Assembly (NCBI GenBank): GCA_049430665.1
Contig: JBMTCG010000001.1
Coordinates: 41,742-105,741 of the forward strand
Direction of reading: 5' to 3'
Length of the DNA: 64,000 nucleotides
Origin: Flavobacteriales bacterium
GTDB lineage: Bacteria > Bacteroidota > Bacteroidia > Flavobacteriales_C > GCA-002722245
Shown: positions 35,788-44,683 of the stretch, piece by piece
Layout of the letters: each line of letters opens with the position of its first letter
Numbering within the stretch: position 1 is the first letter of the stretch
The notes under the pieces: generated by a model
Database searches by the model: none
The model's input: the letters and a program-made list of their open reading frames with translations, nothing else
What the model was told of the DNA's origin: nothing
Program-made: the position numbers and the translations under genes

Positions 35788-36951
35788 TTAAACCGTTTTT
35801 ACTATTATTTCATTTGCCATTGCTCTGGCATTTTTGTCTGTTTCTAGATAATCCTCTAATGTAGGAGTGCTCAACCATTTCACATCGTTCATGCATTGCG
35901 CAATCACATCGGGCATCTCTGTAAATCTAAGCTTATTTTTCAAAAAAGCATCAACCACAATTTCGTTGGCAGCATTCAAAATGCAAGGAGCATTTCCGCC
36001 GCGTTTCATTGCTTCGTAAGCCAAATCGAGATTTCTAAAGGTTTTCTTATCGGGTGCTTCGAAAGTTAGTGAAGGATAATTCAAAAAGTTAAATCTTTTG
36101 AAATCAGATTTAATACGCTGTGGATAGGCCAAAGCATACTGAATAGGCAACTTCATATCTGGCAAGCCCATTTGCGCTTTCATTGATCCATCTTCAAACT
36201 GAACAATAGAATGAACGATAGATTGAGGATGCACAATCACATCAATTTGTTCGGCATTTAAACCAAACAACCATTTGGCTTCAATCACCTCTAAACCTTT
36301 GTTCATCATCGATGCAGAGTCGATGGTGATTTTTGCACCCATCTCCCAATTGGGATGTTTCAAAGCTTGTTCTCTGCTAACATTCGCCAACTGTTCAGCG
36401 CTCCATCCGCGGAATGGTCCGCCAGAAGCCGTTAAATAAATCTTCTCTATCTTATTGTGAAACTCACCCGCTAAACATTGAAAAATAGCAGAGTGTTCTG
36501 AATCTACAGGATAAATATTTACCCCTTTTTCACGTGCCAATTTCGTTACCATTTCACCTGCAACCACCAAAGTTTCTTTGTTGGCTAAAGCGATGTGTTT
36601 ACCAGCGTTAATAGCGGCTAATGTGGGTTTCAATCCGGCAAAACCAACCACAGCGGTAAGCACCACATCAATAGCCTCTGCTTCCATAGCTTGCGCCAAG
36701 GCAGCCTCACCAGCCCACACATGAACGTCTTCACTCGCCAATGCCTCTTTCACATAAGTGTACTTCGATTCGTCGGCGATAACAACGGTATTGGGCTTAA
36801 ATTTCTTGGTTTGTTCAATGAGCAAATCGGCGTTAGAATTAACCGTTAATACTTCCACTTCAAACTGATCGGGATGTTCTTGAATCACCTCTAAAGCTTG
36901 TGTTCCAATAGAACCTGAAGAACCTAGTATGGCGATTTTTTTCTTTTCCAT
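35788..36951 (-). CDS. dxr: 1-deoxy-D-xylulose 5-phosphate reductoisomerase
   Basis: N-terminal KIAILGSSGSIGTQALEV NADPH-binding motif and the size. It is adjacent to rseP, as in many bacteria. Confidence 0.85.
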   Translation of the reverse strand: MEKKKIAILGSSGSIGTQALEVIQEHPDQFEVEVLTVNSNADLLIEQTKKFKPNTVVIADESKYTYVKEALASEDVHVWAGEAALAQAMEAEAIDVVLTAVVGFAGLKPTLAAINAGKHIALANKETLVVAGEMVTKLAREKGVNIYPVDSEHSAIFQCLAGEFHNKIEKIYLTASGGPFRGWSAEQLANVSREQALKHPNWEMGAKITIDSASMMNKGLEVIEAKWLFGLNAEQIDVIVHPQSIVHSIVQFEDGSMKAQMGLPDMKLPIQYALAYPQRIKSDFKRFNFLNYPSLTFEAPDKKTFRNLDLAYEAMKRGGNAPCILNAANEIVVDAFLKNKLRFTEMPDVIAQCMNDVKWLSTPTLEDYLETDKNARAMANEIIVKTV

Positions 36952-36966
36952 TTTGTTGAATACGAA

Positions 36967-38034
36967 CTACTTCTTGCCTAAACCTTGAAGAGTCCAGTCG
37001 AAAGTATCCATCTCTTTGATGCACGCCGTAAGCAAATCAATGGCGCCTTGAATGTCGTTTTTATCACTCATCTCAATCACTTGGTGAATGTGACGCGTAG
37101 GTATAGAAATGCATCCAGCAATAGAACCACCAGCGTTAGAACGCTGAATTCCTGCGGTGTCTGTTCCACCACCCGTAAGGATTTCTGGTTGCCATTTGAT
37201 TTTATTTTTATCGGCCGTTTTCTTCATGAACTTCACCATACGCGTATCGCAAATGGTAGAAGAATCCATAATTTTTATAGCCACTCCTTTACCTAAAGAG
37301 GTAATTTTTTCATGCTCGGGAGCACCAGGTAAATCGTAAGCGATGGTAGTATCTAAGCCAATTCCAAAATCGGGATTGATTTCTAAAGCAGATACATTGG
37401 CACCACGAATTCCAACTTCTTCTTGCACCGTAAATACAGCGTTTAGCGTGTAAGGAATTTTTTTGCCTTTTAATTTTTTGAGTGTTTCTATCAAAATAAA
37501 AACAGAAACTCTATTGTCGAGAGATTTTGCATTAACGCAATTCCCCATTTCAATCAATTCGCGCTGACGCGTAACAGGAGAGCCAATCTCTACAATCTTT
37601 TCTACCTCTTTTGCATCTAAACCTAGGTCGATATAGAAATCGGAAATTTTTGCCGGATGATTTCTTTCTTCTGGCGACATTACGTGAATAGGTTTTGAGC
37701 CCATAACGCCAATAATATCCTCCTTTCCATGAACAATAACGCGCTGTGCGGTTAAAGTTTTTGGGTCGAAGCCACCTAGAGGATGAAATTTTAAGAATCC
37801 ATTTTTGTCGATGTGCGTCACGATGAAACCAATTTCATCCATGTGCGCCGCCACCATAATTTGTTTGTTTTTAGTTCCTTTAACAACAGCATTTACATTG
37901 CCCATGTTGTCGAAACGAACCTCATCACACAAACCTTTTAATTCACGAAGAACCAATTGACGCACGCGCTCCTCAAAGCCTGGCGCACCAGCTACTTCAG
38001 TAATTTCTTTGAGTAAAGCAACGTTGATGCTCAT
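36967..38034 (-). CDS. M42 family aminopeptidase (FrvX/YpdE-like)
   Basis: HMDEIGFIV motif. Size is about 355 aa. Confidence 0.7.
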   Translation of the reverse strand: MSINVALLKEITEVAGAPGFEERVRQLVLRELKGLCDEVRFDNMGNVNAVVKGTKNKQIMVAAHMDEIGFIVTHIDKNGFLKFHPLGGFDPKTLTAQRVIVHGKEDIIGVMGSKPIHVMSPEERNHPAKISDFYIDLGLDAKEVEKIVEIGSPVTRQRELIEMGNCVNAKSLDNRVSVFILIETLKKLKGKKIPYTLNAVFTVQEEVGIRGANVSALEINPDFGIGLDTTIAYDLPGAPEHEKITSLGKGVAIKIMDSSTICDTRMVKFMKKTADKNKIKWQPEILTGGGTDTAGIQRSNAGGSIAGCISIPTRHIHQVIEMSDKNDIQGAIDLLTACIKEMDTFDWTLQGLGKK

Positions 38035-38035
38035 A

Positions 38036-39484
38036 TTAGCAAACCTGACTTAATTTTATCGTATTTGTTTTTCCTTTTTCGTGAATCGGCATAGAAGCGA
38101 TGTTGATGTAGAAATCATCTTTTTCTAAATGACCTTTCGACACCAAGAATTCTTCTAAGTCGCTAATGGTTTTATCGGTACTTTCATACTTGTCGTAGTA
38201 GAAACCTTTAACACCCCAAATTAAACTCACCATAGCCAATAATTCTCTGTTGGCAGTGAATACGTAAGTGTAGGCTTTAGGTCGGTGACTAGCAATTTTA
38301 AAAGCAGTATAGCCAGAGTGCGTCATGGTGATGATGGCTTTTGCGCCAACTCTATCAGAGAGACGAACACCAGAGATACAAATGTTATCTGTTACCAATC
38401 TTTCCGGACGGTGAATAGCGTCAAATCTGTGGTTGTAGATACCTTCAAATTCTTCCATTTTGCGAACGATATTCGACATAGTTTCAATAACTAAATCGGG
38501 ATGTTTACCCACCGATGTTTCACCACTCAACATCACTGCATCGGCACCATCCATCACCGCATTGGCAACGTCGTTCACCTCAGCACGAGAAGGTGTAATA
38601 CCATCAATCATACTCTCCATCATTTGTGTTGCCACAATGATAGGTTTAGAATGTTGTTGGCATTTTTTAATCATCATTTTTTGCAACAATGGAACATCTT
38701 GGTAAGGAACCTCAATACCTAAATCACCACGCGCTACCATGATAGCATCGGTAGCTTCAATAATTTCGTCGATACACTCAATAGCTTCAGGTTTTTCAAT
38801 CTTAGCAATGATGCGAGCAGTACTTCCTTTTTTATCCATAATCGCGCGCAAATCATGAATACATTTTGCTGTACGCACAAAAGAAAGTGCAATCCATTCT
38901 ACCTTTTGTTCTAAAGCGAAATCTAAGTCTCTCAAATCTTTCTCAGATAGAGAAGGAAGAGACACTTTTGTATTGGGAAGGTTAACACCTTTTTTCGATT
39001 TTAAAACGCCAGTATGTTGCATTTCAACAACTACCTCGTCTACTCTATTGGTAGAAACTACTTGAATTTGTAGTTTACCATCGTCGATTAATATTTTTTC
39101 TCCTGGATTAACATCGCGCGGAAAAGCTTGGTAGGTCATGAAAACGCGCTCAGCATTACCCACGCATTCTTTAGTAGTAATGGTAAAGCGTTGTCCGGCT
39201 TTTATTTCTAACCCGTCGTTTTCCATCATACCAATACGCAATTTCGGACCTTGTAAATCGGCCAAAATAGCTACGTTAGTACCCAATTCTTTGGCTACAG
39301 AACGAACAGCATCTAAATTACCTTTGTGGAAAGCATGGTCGCCATGCGAAAAATTCAAGCGACAAACATCTACTCCTTTTCTAATCATTTTAGTGAGCAT
39401 TTCACTGCTGTTACAAGCAGGGCCCATCGTAGCGACAATCTTAGTTCTCTTTGGAATCATTTCGAGTTTTTTTGAAGGAACCAA
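38036..39484 (-). CDS. pyk: pyruvate kinase
   Basis: N-terminal RTKIVATMGPA, the MVARGDLGIE active-site motif and the size of 482 aa. Confidence 0.9.
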   Translation of the reverse strand: MVPSKKLEMIPKRTKIVATMGPACNSSEMLTKMIRKGVDVCRLNFSHGDHAFHKGNLDAVRSVAKELGTNVAILADLQGPKLRIGMMENDGLEIKAGQRFTITTKECVGNAERVFMTYQAFPRDVNPGEKILIDDGKLQIQVVSTNRVDEVVVEMQHTGVLKSKKGVNLPNTKVSLPSLSEKDLRDLDFALEQKVEWIALSFVRTAKCIHDLRAIMDKKGSTARIIAKIEKPEAIECIDEIIEATDAIMVARGDLGIEVPYQDVPLLQKMMIKKCQQHSKPIIVATQMMESMIDGITPSRAEVNDVANAVMDGADAVMLSGETSVGKHPDLVIETMSNIVRKMEEFEGIYNHRFDAIHRPERLVTDNICISGVRLSDRVGAKAIITMTHSGYTAFKIASHRPKAYTYVFTANRELLAMVSLIWGVKGFYYDKYESTDKTISDLEEFLVSKGHLEKDDFYINIASMPIHEKGKTNTIKLSQVC

Positions 39485-39571
39485 ATATAGTTTTTTTGTT
39501 TAAGGTTTAGGCCTTAATCAGCAAAGTTTTTTGAACAGCAATTTGGGGTAAAAAATATAGTAAAGTCTTTG

Positions 39572-39991
39572 TTAAATCAATAAGCTTGCACCCGATTTTA
39601 AAGTAGTAGGGTCGATGCTAAAAGCAGTGAGTACATTGGGTACTTTTTTGAGCTTTTCTACTTCTTGTTCAAGCTCTTCATCTTCAAGCGGACCGCGTAT
39701 TTGCAAAAAGTAGTCGACTGTTTTCATTTCGGGAATCAAAATACCTGCATCACCTCTGTTGGCGATGAGTGAATAGTGAATATGATTCTCTTCATCTTCG
39801 TAAGAAAAAATAGAGAACAAACTTTTGGTCTTCAACTTATCAACAATCATTGATAAGTCGTCTTCTCTTTTGAGCTGATAATTTAGGTGCTGATTCAAAT
39901 TCCAAACAAAGCGATAATCTTTGAGGTGACAAGAAATGCCAATCAACAAAAAGTCGAATTCGGGTTCAAAATCTAAAGTGAGTTTTGCCAT
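39572..39991 (-). CDS. IPExxxVDY-family small conserved protein of unknown function
   Basis: Contains IPEMKTVDYFLQIRG. It lies immediately downstream of rnc and overlaps it by 19 nt. Confidence 0.4.
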   Translation of the reverse strand: MAKLTLDFEPEFDFLLIGISCHLKDYRFVWNLNQHLNYQLKREDDLSMIVDKLKTKSLFSIFSYEDEENHIHYSLIANRGDAGILIPEMKTVDYFLQIRGPLEDEELEQEVEKLKKVPNVLTAFSIDPTTLKSGASLLI

Positions 39992-40707
39992 GTGTCGAAG
40001 AATCCCGATAAAAATAGCTTTTTCGCGGCAGATTGTTCTGCTTCTTTTTTAGATTTTCCCATCGCTTCCTCCTTCATGTCGTCTTCAATGAAGAGTCCGA
40101 TACGAAATGATTTATTATGCTCCTCCACTCCTTCATCCAACACTTTGAAATACACACGAACCTTATTTTTTTGCGACCACTCAATCAATTTACTTTTAAA
40201 ATTATGGTCGGTATCTTTTATCTCCTGCATGTTGTAAAAAGGAATGAGCATTTTTTGATGCACAAATTTTCGCGCTGCACTCAATCCCTGGTCGAGATAT
40301 ATTGCGCCAATCAATGCCTCCAAAGCATTGCCGCCTAGTGACAATGGAAAATTCTCTTGATTCATTTTGGCTTTCACCAAATGTTTTAGTTCCAAAGAAT
40401 CGGCAATGCCGTTGAGTGTTTTTCTACTCACCATGGCCGATTTAATTTTGGTTAATGTTCCTTCGTCTTCGTTGGGAAATTCTTCATACAAAAACTCGGC
40501 AATAACAATCCCCAAAACAGAGTCGCCCAAATATTCTAAACGATCGTTGTATTCGTGTGGCTTTGCATTATTTCCCAAAATGGAACGATGTGTAAAAGCC
40601 GTTTTGTAGAGGTCGATATTAGAAGGAAAAAACCCGGTCACTTTTCGTAACCGGGTAATGAATTGTTTGTCTTTAGAAAAATAATATCTGATGCGATTAA
40701 GCAACAT
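39973..40707 (-). CDS. rnc: ribonuclease III
   Basis: The RNase III signature ERLEYLGDSVLG and a C-terminal dsRBD-like region. Confidence 0.85.
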   Translation of the reverse strand: MLLNRIRYYFSKDKQFITRLRKVTGFFPSNIDLYKTAFTHRSILGNNAKPHEYNDRLEYLGDSVLGIVIAEFLYEEFPNEDEGTLTKIKSAMVSRKTLNGIADSLELKHLVKAKMNQENFPLSLGGNALEALIGAIYLDQGLSAARKFVHQKMLIPFYNMQEIKDTDHNFKSKLIEWSQKNKVRVYFKVLDEGVEEHNKSFRIGLFIEDDMKEEAMGKSKKEAEQSAAKKLFLSGFFDTWQNSL

Positions 40708-40709
40708 TA

Positions 40710-41963
40710 TTAGCCTTCGTAAGCTTTAAAGATAATGCTTGCGTTGTGACCGCCAAACCCGAAAGTATTGGTTAAAGCATATTTTATTGTTCTCTCTTGC
40801 GCTTTGTTGAAAGTGAAATTCAATTTATTATCCAATTCAGGATCATCGGTAAAGTGATTGATGGTTGGTGGAACAATTCCATTTTGAATTGCCAACACAC
40901 AAGCCAATGCTTCAATCGCTCCGGCAGCACCCAAAAGGTGACCTGTCATCGATTTCGTTGAACTGATATTTAAATTGTAAGCATGCGCTCCAAATACTTT
41001 TTGAATAGCCTTTGTTTCGGCTAAATCTCCAAGCGGAGTAGAAGTACCGTGAACGTTGATGTAATCAATATCCGTTGGTTTAATATTTCCATCTTCCAAA
41101 GCCATTCGCATTACGTTCATAGCGCCCAATCCTTCAGGATGAGGAGCAGTGATATGGTGTGCATCGGCAGATAAACCACCACCTACAACTTCAGCATAAA
41201 TTTTAGCACCACGAGCTTTAGCATGTTCGTACTCTTCTAACACCATTGAACCCGCACCTTCACCTAAAACAAACCCTTCGCGGTCTTTGTCGAACGGACG
41301 AGATGCAGTTTCAGGAGAATCGTTACGAGTTGATAATGCTTGAAGAGCATTGAATCCACCTACACCAGCAGCATTTACAGCAGCTTCAGAACCACCTGAC
41401 ACTATGATATCAGCTTTCCCTAAACGAATGTAGTTAAATGCATCAATTATAGCATGGGTAGAAGAAGCACAAGCAGAAACGGTGGCGAAGTTCGGACCTC
41501 TAAATCCGAATTTCATGGAAATATGACCAGCTGCGATATCGGCAATCATTTTAGGGATAAAGAAAGGATTGAAACGAGGTGTTCCATCTCCTTTGGCGAA
41601 AGCTTCCACTTCTTGTTGGAAAGTCTCCAATCCGCCAATACCAGAACCCCAAATCACACCAATGCGATCTGGATTCTCTTTTTCAATATCAATACCAGCA
41701 TGTTGTACAGCTTCGGTAGCACATACAATAGCATATTGAGCATAGCGGTCGATTTTTCTACCTTCTTTGCGATCAAAATGCTCTTCGGCATTAAAATTTT
41801 TTACTTCGCAGGCGAAACGCGTTTTAAACTTCGAGGCATCAAAACGAGTGATAGGCGCAGCGCCACTCACTCCGTTTTTTAGTCCCTCCCAAAAAGAAGG
41901 AACATTGTTGCCAAGAGGTGTTAACGCGCCAAGGCCCGTAATAACAACCCTTTTCAGTTCCAT
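40710..41963 (-). CDS. fabF: beta-ketoacyl-ACP synthase II
   Basis: Active-site Cys context (ATVSACASSTHAI), the His-His motifs and the 417-aa size. It is adjacent to acpP. Confidence 0.9.
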   Translation of the reverse strand: MELKRVVITGLGALTPLGNNVPSFWEGLKNGVSGAAPITRFDASKFKTRFACEVKNFNAEEHFDRKEGRKIDRYAQYAIVCATEAVQHAGIDIEKENPDRIGVIWGSGIGGLETFQQEVEAFAKGDGTPRFNPFFIPKMIADIAAGHISMKFGFRGPNFATVSACASSTHAIIDAFNYIRLGKADIIVSGGSEAAVNAAGVGGFNALQALSTRNDSPETASRPFDKDREGFVLGEGAGSMVLEEYEHAKARGAKIYAEVVGGGLSADAHHITAPHPEGLGAMNVMRMALEDGNIKPTDIDYINVHGTSTPLGDLAETKAIQKVFGAHAYNLNISSTKSMTGHLLGAAGAIEALACVLAIQNGIVPPTINHFTDDPELDNKLNFTFNKAQERTIKYALTNTFGFGGHNASIIFKAYEG

Positions 41964-41975
41964 TATACTAGAGAA

Positions 41976-42212
41976 TTACTTTGCGTTAGTCTCGATATAT
42001 TTGATAGCATCTCCTACAGTACCAATTTTTTCAGCTTGGTCGTCTGGAATAGCAATGTTGAATTCTTTTTCGAATTCCATGATTAATTCTACGGTATCCA
42101 ATGAATCCGCTCCTAAATCGTTGGTGAAGCTCGCTTCGTTAGTTACTTCGCTTTCGTCAACTCCTAATTTATCAACGATGATTGCTTTTACTCTAGATGA
42201 AATGTCAGACAT
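41976..42212 (-). CDS. acpP: acyl carrier protein
   Basis: [17 protein letters not shown] phosphopantetheine-attachment motif. Size is 78 aa. Confidence 0.9.
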   Translation of the reverse strand: MSDISSRVKAIIVDKLGVDESEVTNEASFTNDLGADSLDTVELIMEFEKEFNIAIPDDQAEKIGTVGDAIKYIETNAK

Positions 42213-42301
42213 TGTCTATTGGTTTTTTTGGTTAAACAAGATTACAAAGAAAACAATTTTTACGAAAAGCCACAATCCTTTGCATTTTTTCTTCATAATA
42301 A

Positions 42302-42886
42302 TTGCACTTTTGTAGAAACACAGAACAAATGAACATAGCAGTATTCGCCTCGGGCTCGGGCAGCAACGCACAAAAAATTTTCGATCATTTTAAAAATCAC
42401 CCACGCATTAAAGTGACGCTAGTGTTATGTAACAAGCCAAACGCTTTTGTAATTGAAAGAGCGAAACAAGAGAATATTCCAGTCTTAATGATAGACAAAA
42501 GCACCTTCACAGACGAAACATATATATTATCGGCATTAAAAAGTTATCAGGTCGATTTTATCGTTTTAGCAGGTTTTTTATGGTTAATTCCTAGCTTCCT
42601 CACCAAAGCCTTCCCCAATAAGATGGTAAACATTCATCCGGCATTGTTGCCAAAATATGGTGGAAAAGGCATGCACGGACATTTTGTTCACGAAGCGGTT
42701 TTTGAGAATAAAGAAAAAGAATCGGGTATTACCATACATTATGTAAATGAAGTGTACGATTCGGGTGAAATTATTTTTCAAGCCAAGTGCAATGTAGAGG
42801 GATTAAATCCCGAAGAAATTGCTGCTGCGGTTTTAAAACTAGAGCATGAACATTTTCCAAAAGTGATTGAAAAACTATTGAGTTAA
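42302..42886 (+). CDS. purN: phosphoribosylglycinamide formyltransferase
   Basis: N-terminal IAVFASGSGSNAQ and the formyl-transferase core. Confidence 0.8.
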   Translation: MHFCRNTEQMNIAVFASGSGSNAQKIFDHFKNHPRIKVTLVLCNKPNAFVIERAKQENIPVLMIDKSTFTDETYILSALKSYQVDFIVLAGFLWLIPSFLTKAFPNKMVNIHPALLPKYGGKGMHGHFVHEAVFENKEKESGITIHYVNEVYDSGEIIFQAKCNVEGLNPEEIAAAVLKLEHEHFPKVIEKLLS

Positions 42887-43362
42887 TGGCAAACGTTACT
42901 ATATATACAGATGGTGCCGCAAAGGGGAATCCGGGCAGAGGTGGTTACGGCGTGGTATTGATGAGCGGACCCCATAAAAAAGAACTATCGCAAGGCTACG
43001 AGCATACCACCAACAACAGAATGGAATTGCTAAGTGTGATTGTTGGTTTAGAATCACTCACCAAACCCGATTGTAATGTTACCATTTACTCCGACTCCAA
43101 ATACGTAGTTGATTCTGTAGAAAAAAAATGGGTCTTCGGCTGGCAAAAAAAAGGCTTTAAAGGCAAAAAGAACGCTGATTTATGGAAGCGCTTCTTGTTG
43201 ATATACCCCAAGCACAAAGTGAAATTCGTTTGGGTGAAAGGTCACGCCGGAAACCCTATGAACGAGCGCTGTGATGTGTTAGCCGTAGCCGCCGCCGAAA
43301 GTAGAGAACTACTTAAAGACGAAGGCTACGAAGCTTCTAAAGATACAGGGAGCGAAGATTAG
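42886..43362 (+). CDS. rnhA: ribonuclease HI
   Basis: VTIYTDGAAKGNPGRGGYGVVL and the downstream D…E…D catalytic spacing. Confidence 0.85.
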   Translation: MANVTIYTDGAAKGNPGRGGYGVVLMSGPHKKELSQGYEHTTNNRMELLSVIVGLESLTKPDCNVTIYSDSKYVVDSVEKKWVFGWQKKGFKGKKNADLWKRFLLIYPKHKVKFVWVKGHAGNPMNERCDVLAVAAAESRELLKDEGYEASKDTGSED

Positions 43363-43994
43363 TTTAATTTGAATGCTGCGTTAAACTCCAATTTCACTAA
43401 ATCATCACAAGCAGCCATCATCATGGTTGGAGGAGCAATACCGAAATCGGTCATTTTGATAGAGAAAGCACCTACAACGCTCATTTCTTTACCTACATAT
43501 CTTTTTTTAGCTTGAAAAGAAATCGCTTTGGTTACATTGTGGAAAGTTAGATTTCCTTTCACCGTTAAAACAGAATCTTTGTTGGCGATATATGTACTAA
43601 TGAATTTCACCATTGGGTATTTCAAAGCCTCGGTAACTTCTAAAGTATGACTGTCGCGACTGGCATTATCTGAATTGAAACAAGAAACAGCGCAAACCAT
43701 AGCTACTGCGTTGATGGTTTTTAAACTATCGTTGTACACAATATTGCAGCTAATGCCTTTGCAGGTTCCCGACCAATCGTGCGCAGGATGCGACATGTAA
43801 TAGGTAATGTATGATTTCGATTTATCGGCAGCCAGTTTAGAAATATTGCCAGCAGGATGAAAAGAAATCAATAGAATTGCAAAAAGCAACGACAACGAAA
43901 TTTTTGTAAATGTATTCATAAAACAGATTTTAAAATTTAATCGACACAAATGCTGCCGTAAATGTAAGTGCGGTAAATCCGCCAGATATAGCAT
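43359..43994 (-). CDS. YceI-family periplasmic protein (probable true start about 43919, MNTFTKISLSLL... signal peptide)
   Basis: VKGNLTFHNVTKAISFQA matches the YceI G-L-T-hG-T motif. A signal peptide is present. Confidence 0.55.
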   Translation of the reverse strand: MLYLADLPHLHLRQHLCRLNFKICFMNTFTKISLSLLFAILLISFHPAGNISKLAADKSKSYITYYMSHPAHDWSGTCKGISCNIVYNDSLKTINAVAMVCAVSCFNSDNASRDSHTLEVTEALKYPMVKFISTYIANKDSVLTVKGNLTFHNVTKAISFQAKKRYVGKEMSVVGAFSIKMTDFGIAPPTMMMAACDDLVKLEFNAAFKLN

Positions 43995-44604
43995 GTGCTC
44001 TCTTCCACATAGTATAATTCTGAGGATATTTACTTGGAAGTCCGCTCAATATATTAGTGGTAATCATTCCAGTAATATGCATCACCGCGAAAAACTTATG
44101 CCAATCTATACTACTCCACTTACCGCCCTTATAAGAAAGCAATGGCGGTGGCGCTAAAAAAGCCAAAGCAGCACCAGCAATATAACCAGCATTGGTGGCT
44201 GCAACAAATCCCTCATGAATATCTTTAGTAATATAATTATTGTACAACAACAACCCAGTAGTGGCAGTACCCAACATGGCAGCTAACGTACCGTAACCCA
44301 CCACTTGATGCGTAACCAACATGGCGCGACGCACCTTCATTTCTTTTTCTCTATTGGTCAAAGTAAGTGGCACCCATCCTGTGGCTCTCAACAATCCTTT
44401 TTCGCCATAAATCCAGCGCTGCGTAAAAATCATACGCTCGGGTAATAAAGGGGGAGTTTCTTCCAACATCATATCGCCCATCAACAATGAAGTATCACTA
44501 AAAACAGCAGAAGTATCTCCCAAAAGGCTATCGCTTGGGGTGTTTTGAGCGTTTGAAAGTGAAAACGCTAAACCTAAGATGAGAGAGAGAAATAACTTGC
44601 GCAT
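43930..44604 (-). CDS. membrane protein, hypothetical
   Basis: Signal peptide plus several hydrophobic helices. No family assigned. Confidence 0.4.
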   Translation of the reverse strand: MRKLFLSLILGLAFSLSNAQNTPSDSLLGDTSAVFSDTSLLMGDMMLEETPPLLPERMIFTQRWIYGEKGLLRATGWVPLTLTNREKEMKVRRAMLVTHQVVGYGTLAAMLGTATTGLLLYNNYITKDIHEGFVAATNAGYIAGAALAFLAPPPLLSYKGGKWSSIDWHKFFAVMHITGMITTNILSGLPSKYPQNYTMWKRAHAISGGFTALTFTAAFVSIKF

Positions 44605-44648
44605 AAATTAATTGTTTGTACAATGATAGAAATAATTAAAAGAAAAGT

Positions 44649-44666
44649 ATGTGATATATATCACAT
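44649..44666. promoter_or_regulatory. perfect 18-nt palindrome ATGTGATATATATCACAT upstream of the membrane-protein gene
   Basis: Seen directly. It is AT-rich and lies in the promoter region of the 43930..44604 gene, immediately 3' of pepN. This is operator-like rather than terminator-like. Confidence 0.35.
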
Positions 44667-44683
44667 TTAAGAATGATTGAGAT

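Noticed and set aside
39485-39571. Palindrome TTAAGG…CCTTAA downstream of the IPExxxVDY gene and upstream of pyk
   Set aside because: It is only a 6-bp AT-rich stem without a clear U-tract, so it is too weak to call as a terminator or operator.
43930-43994. Apparent 65-nt overlap between the YceI-family gene and the upstream membrane-protein gene
   Set aside because: It is an artifact of the ORF track taking the most upstream Met. The YceI signal peptide starts at an internal Met (about 43919), which removes the overlap.
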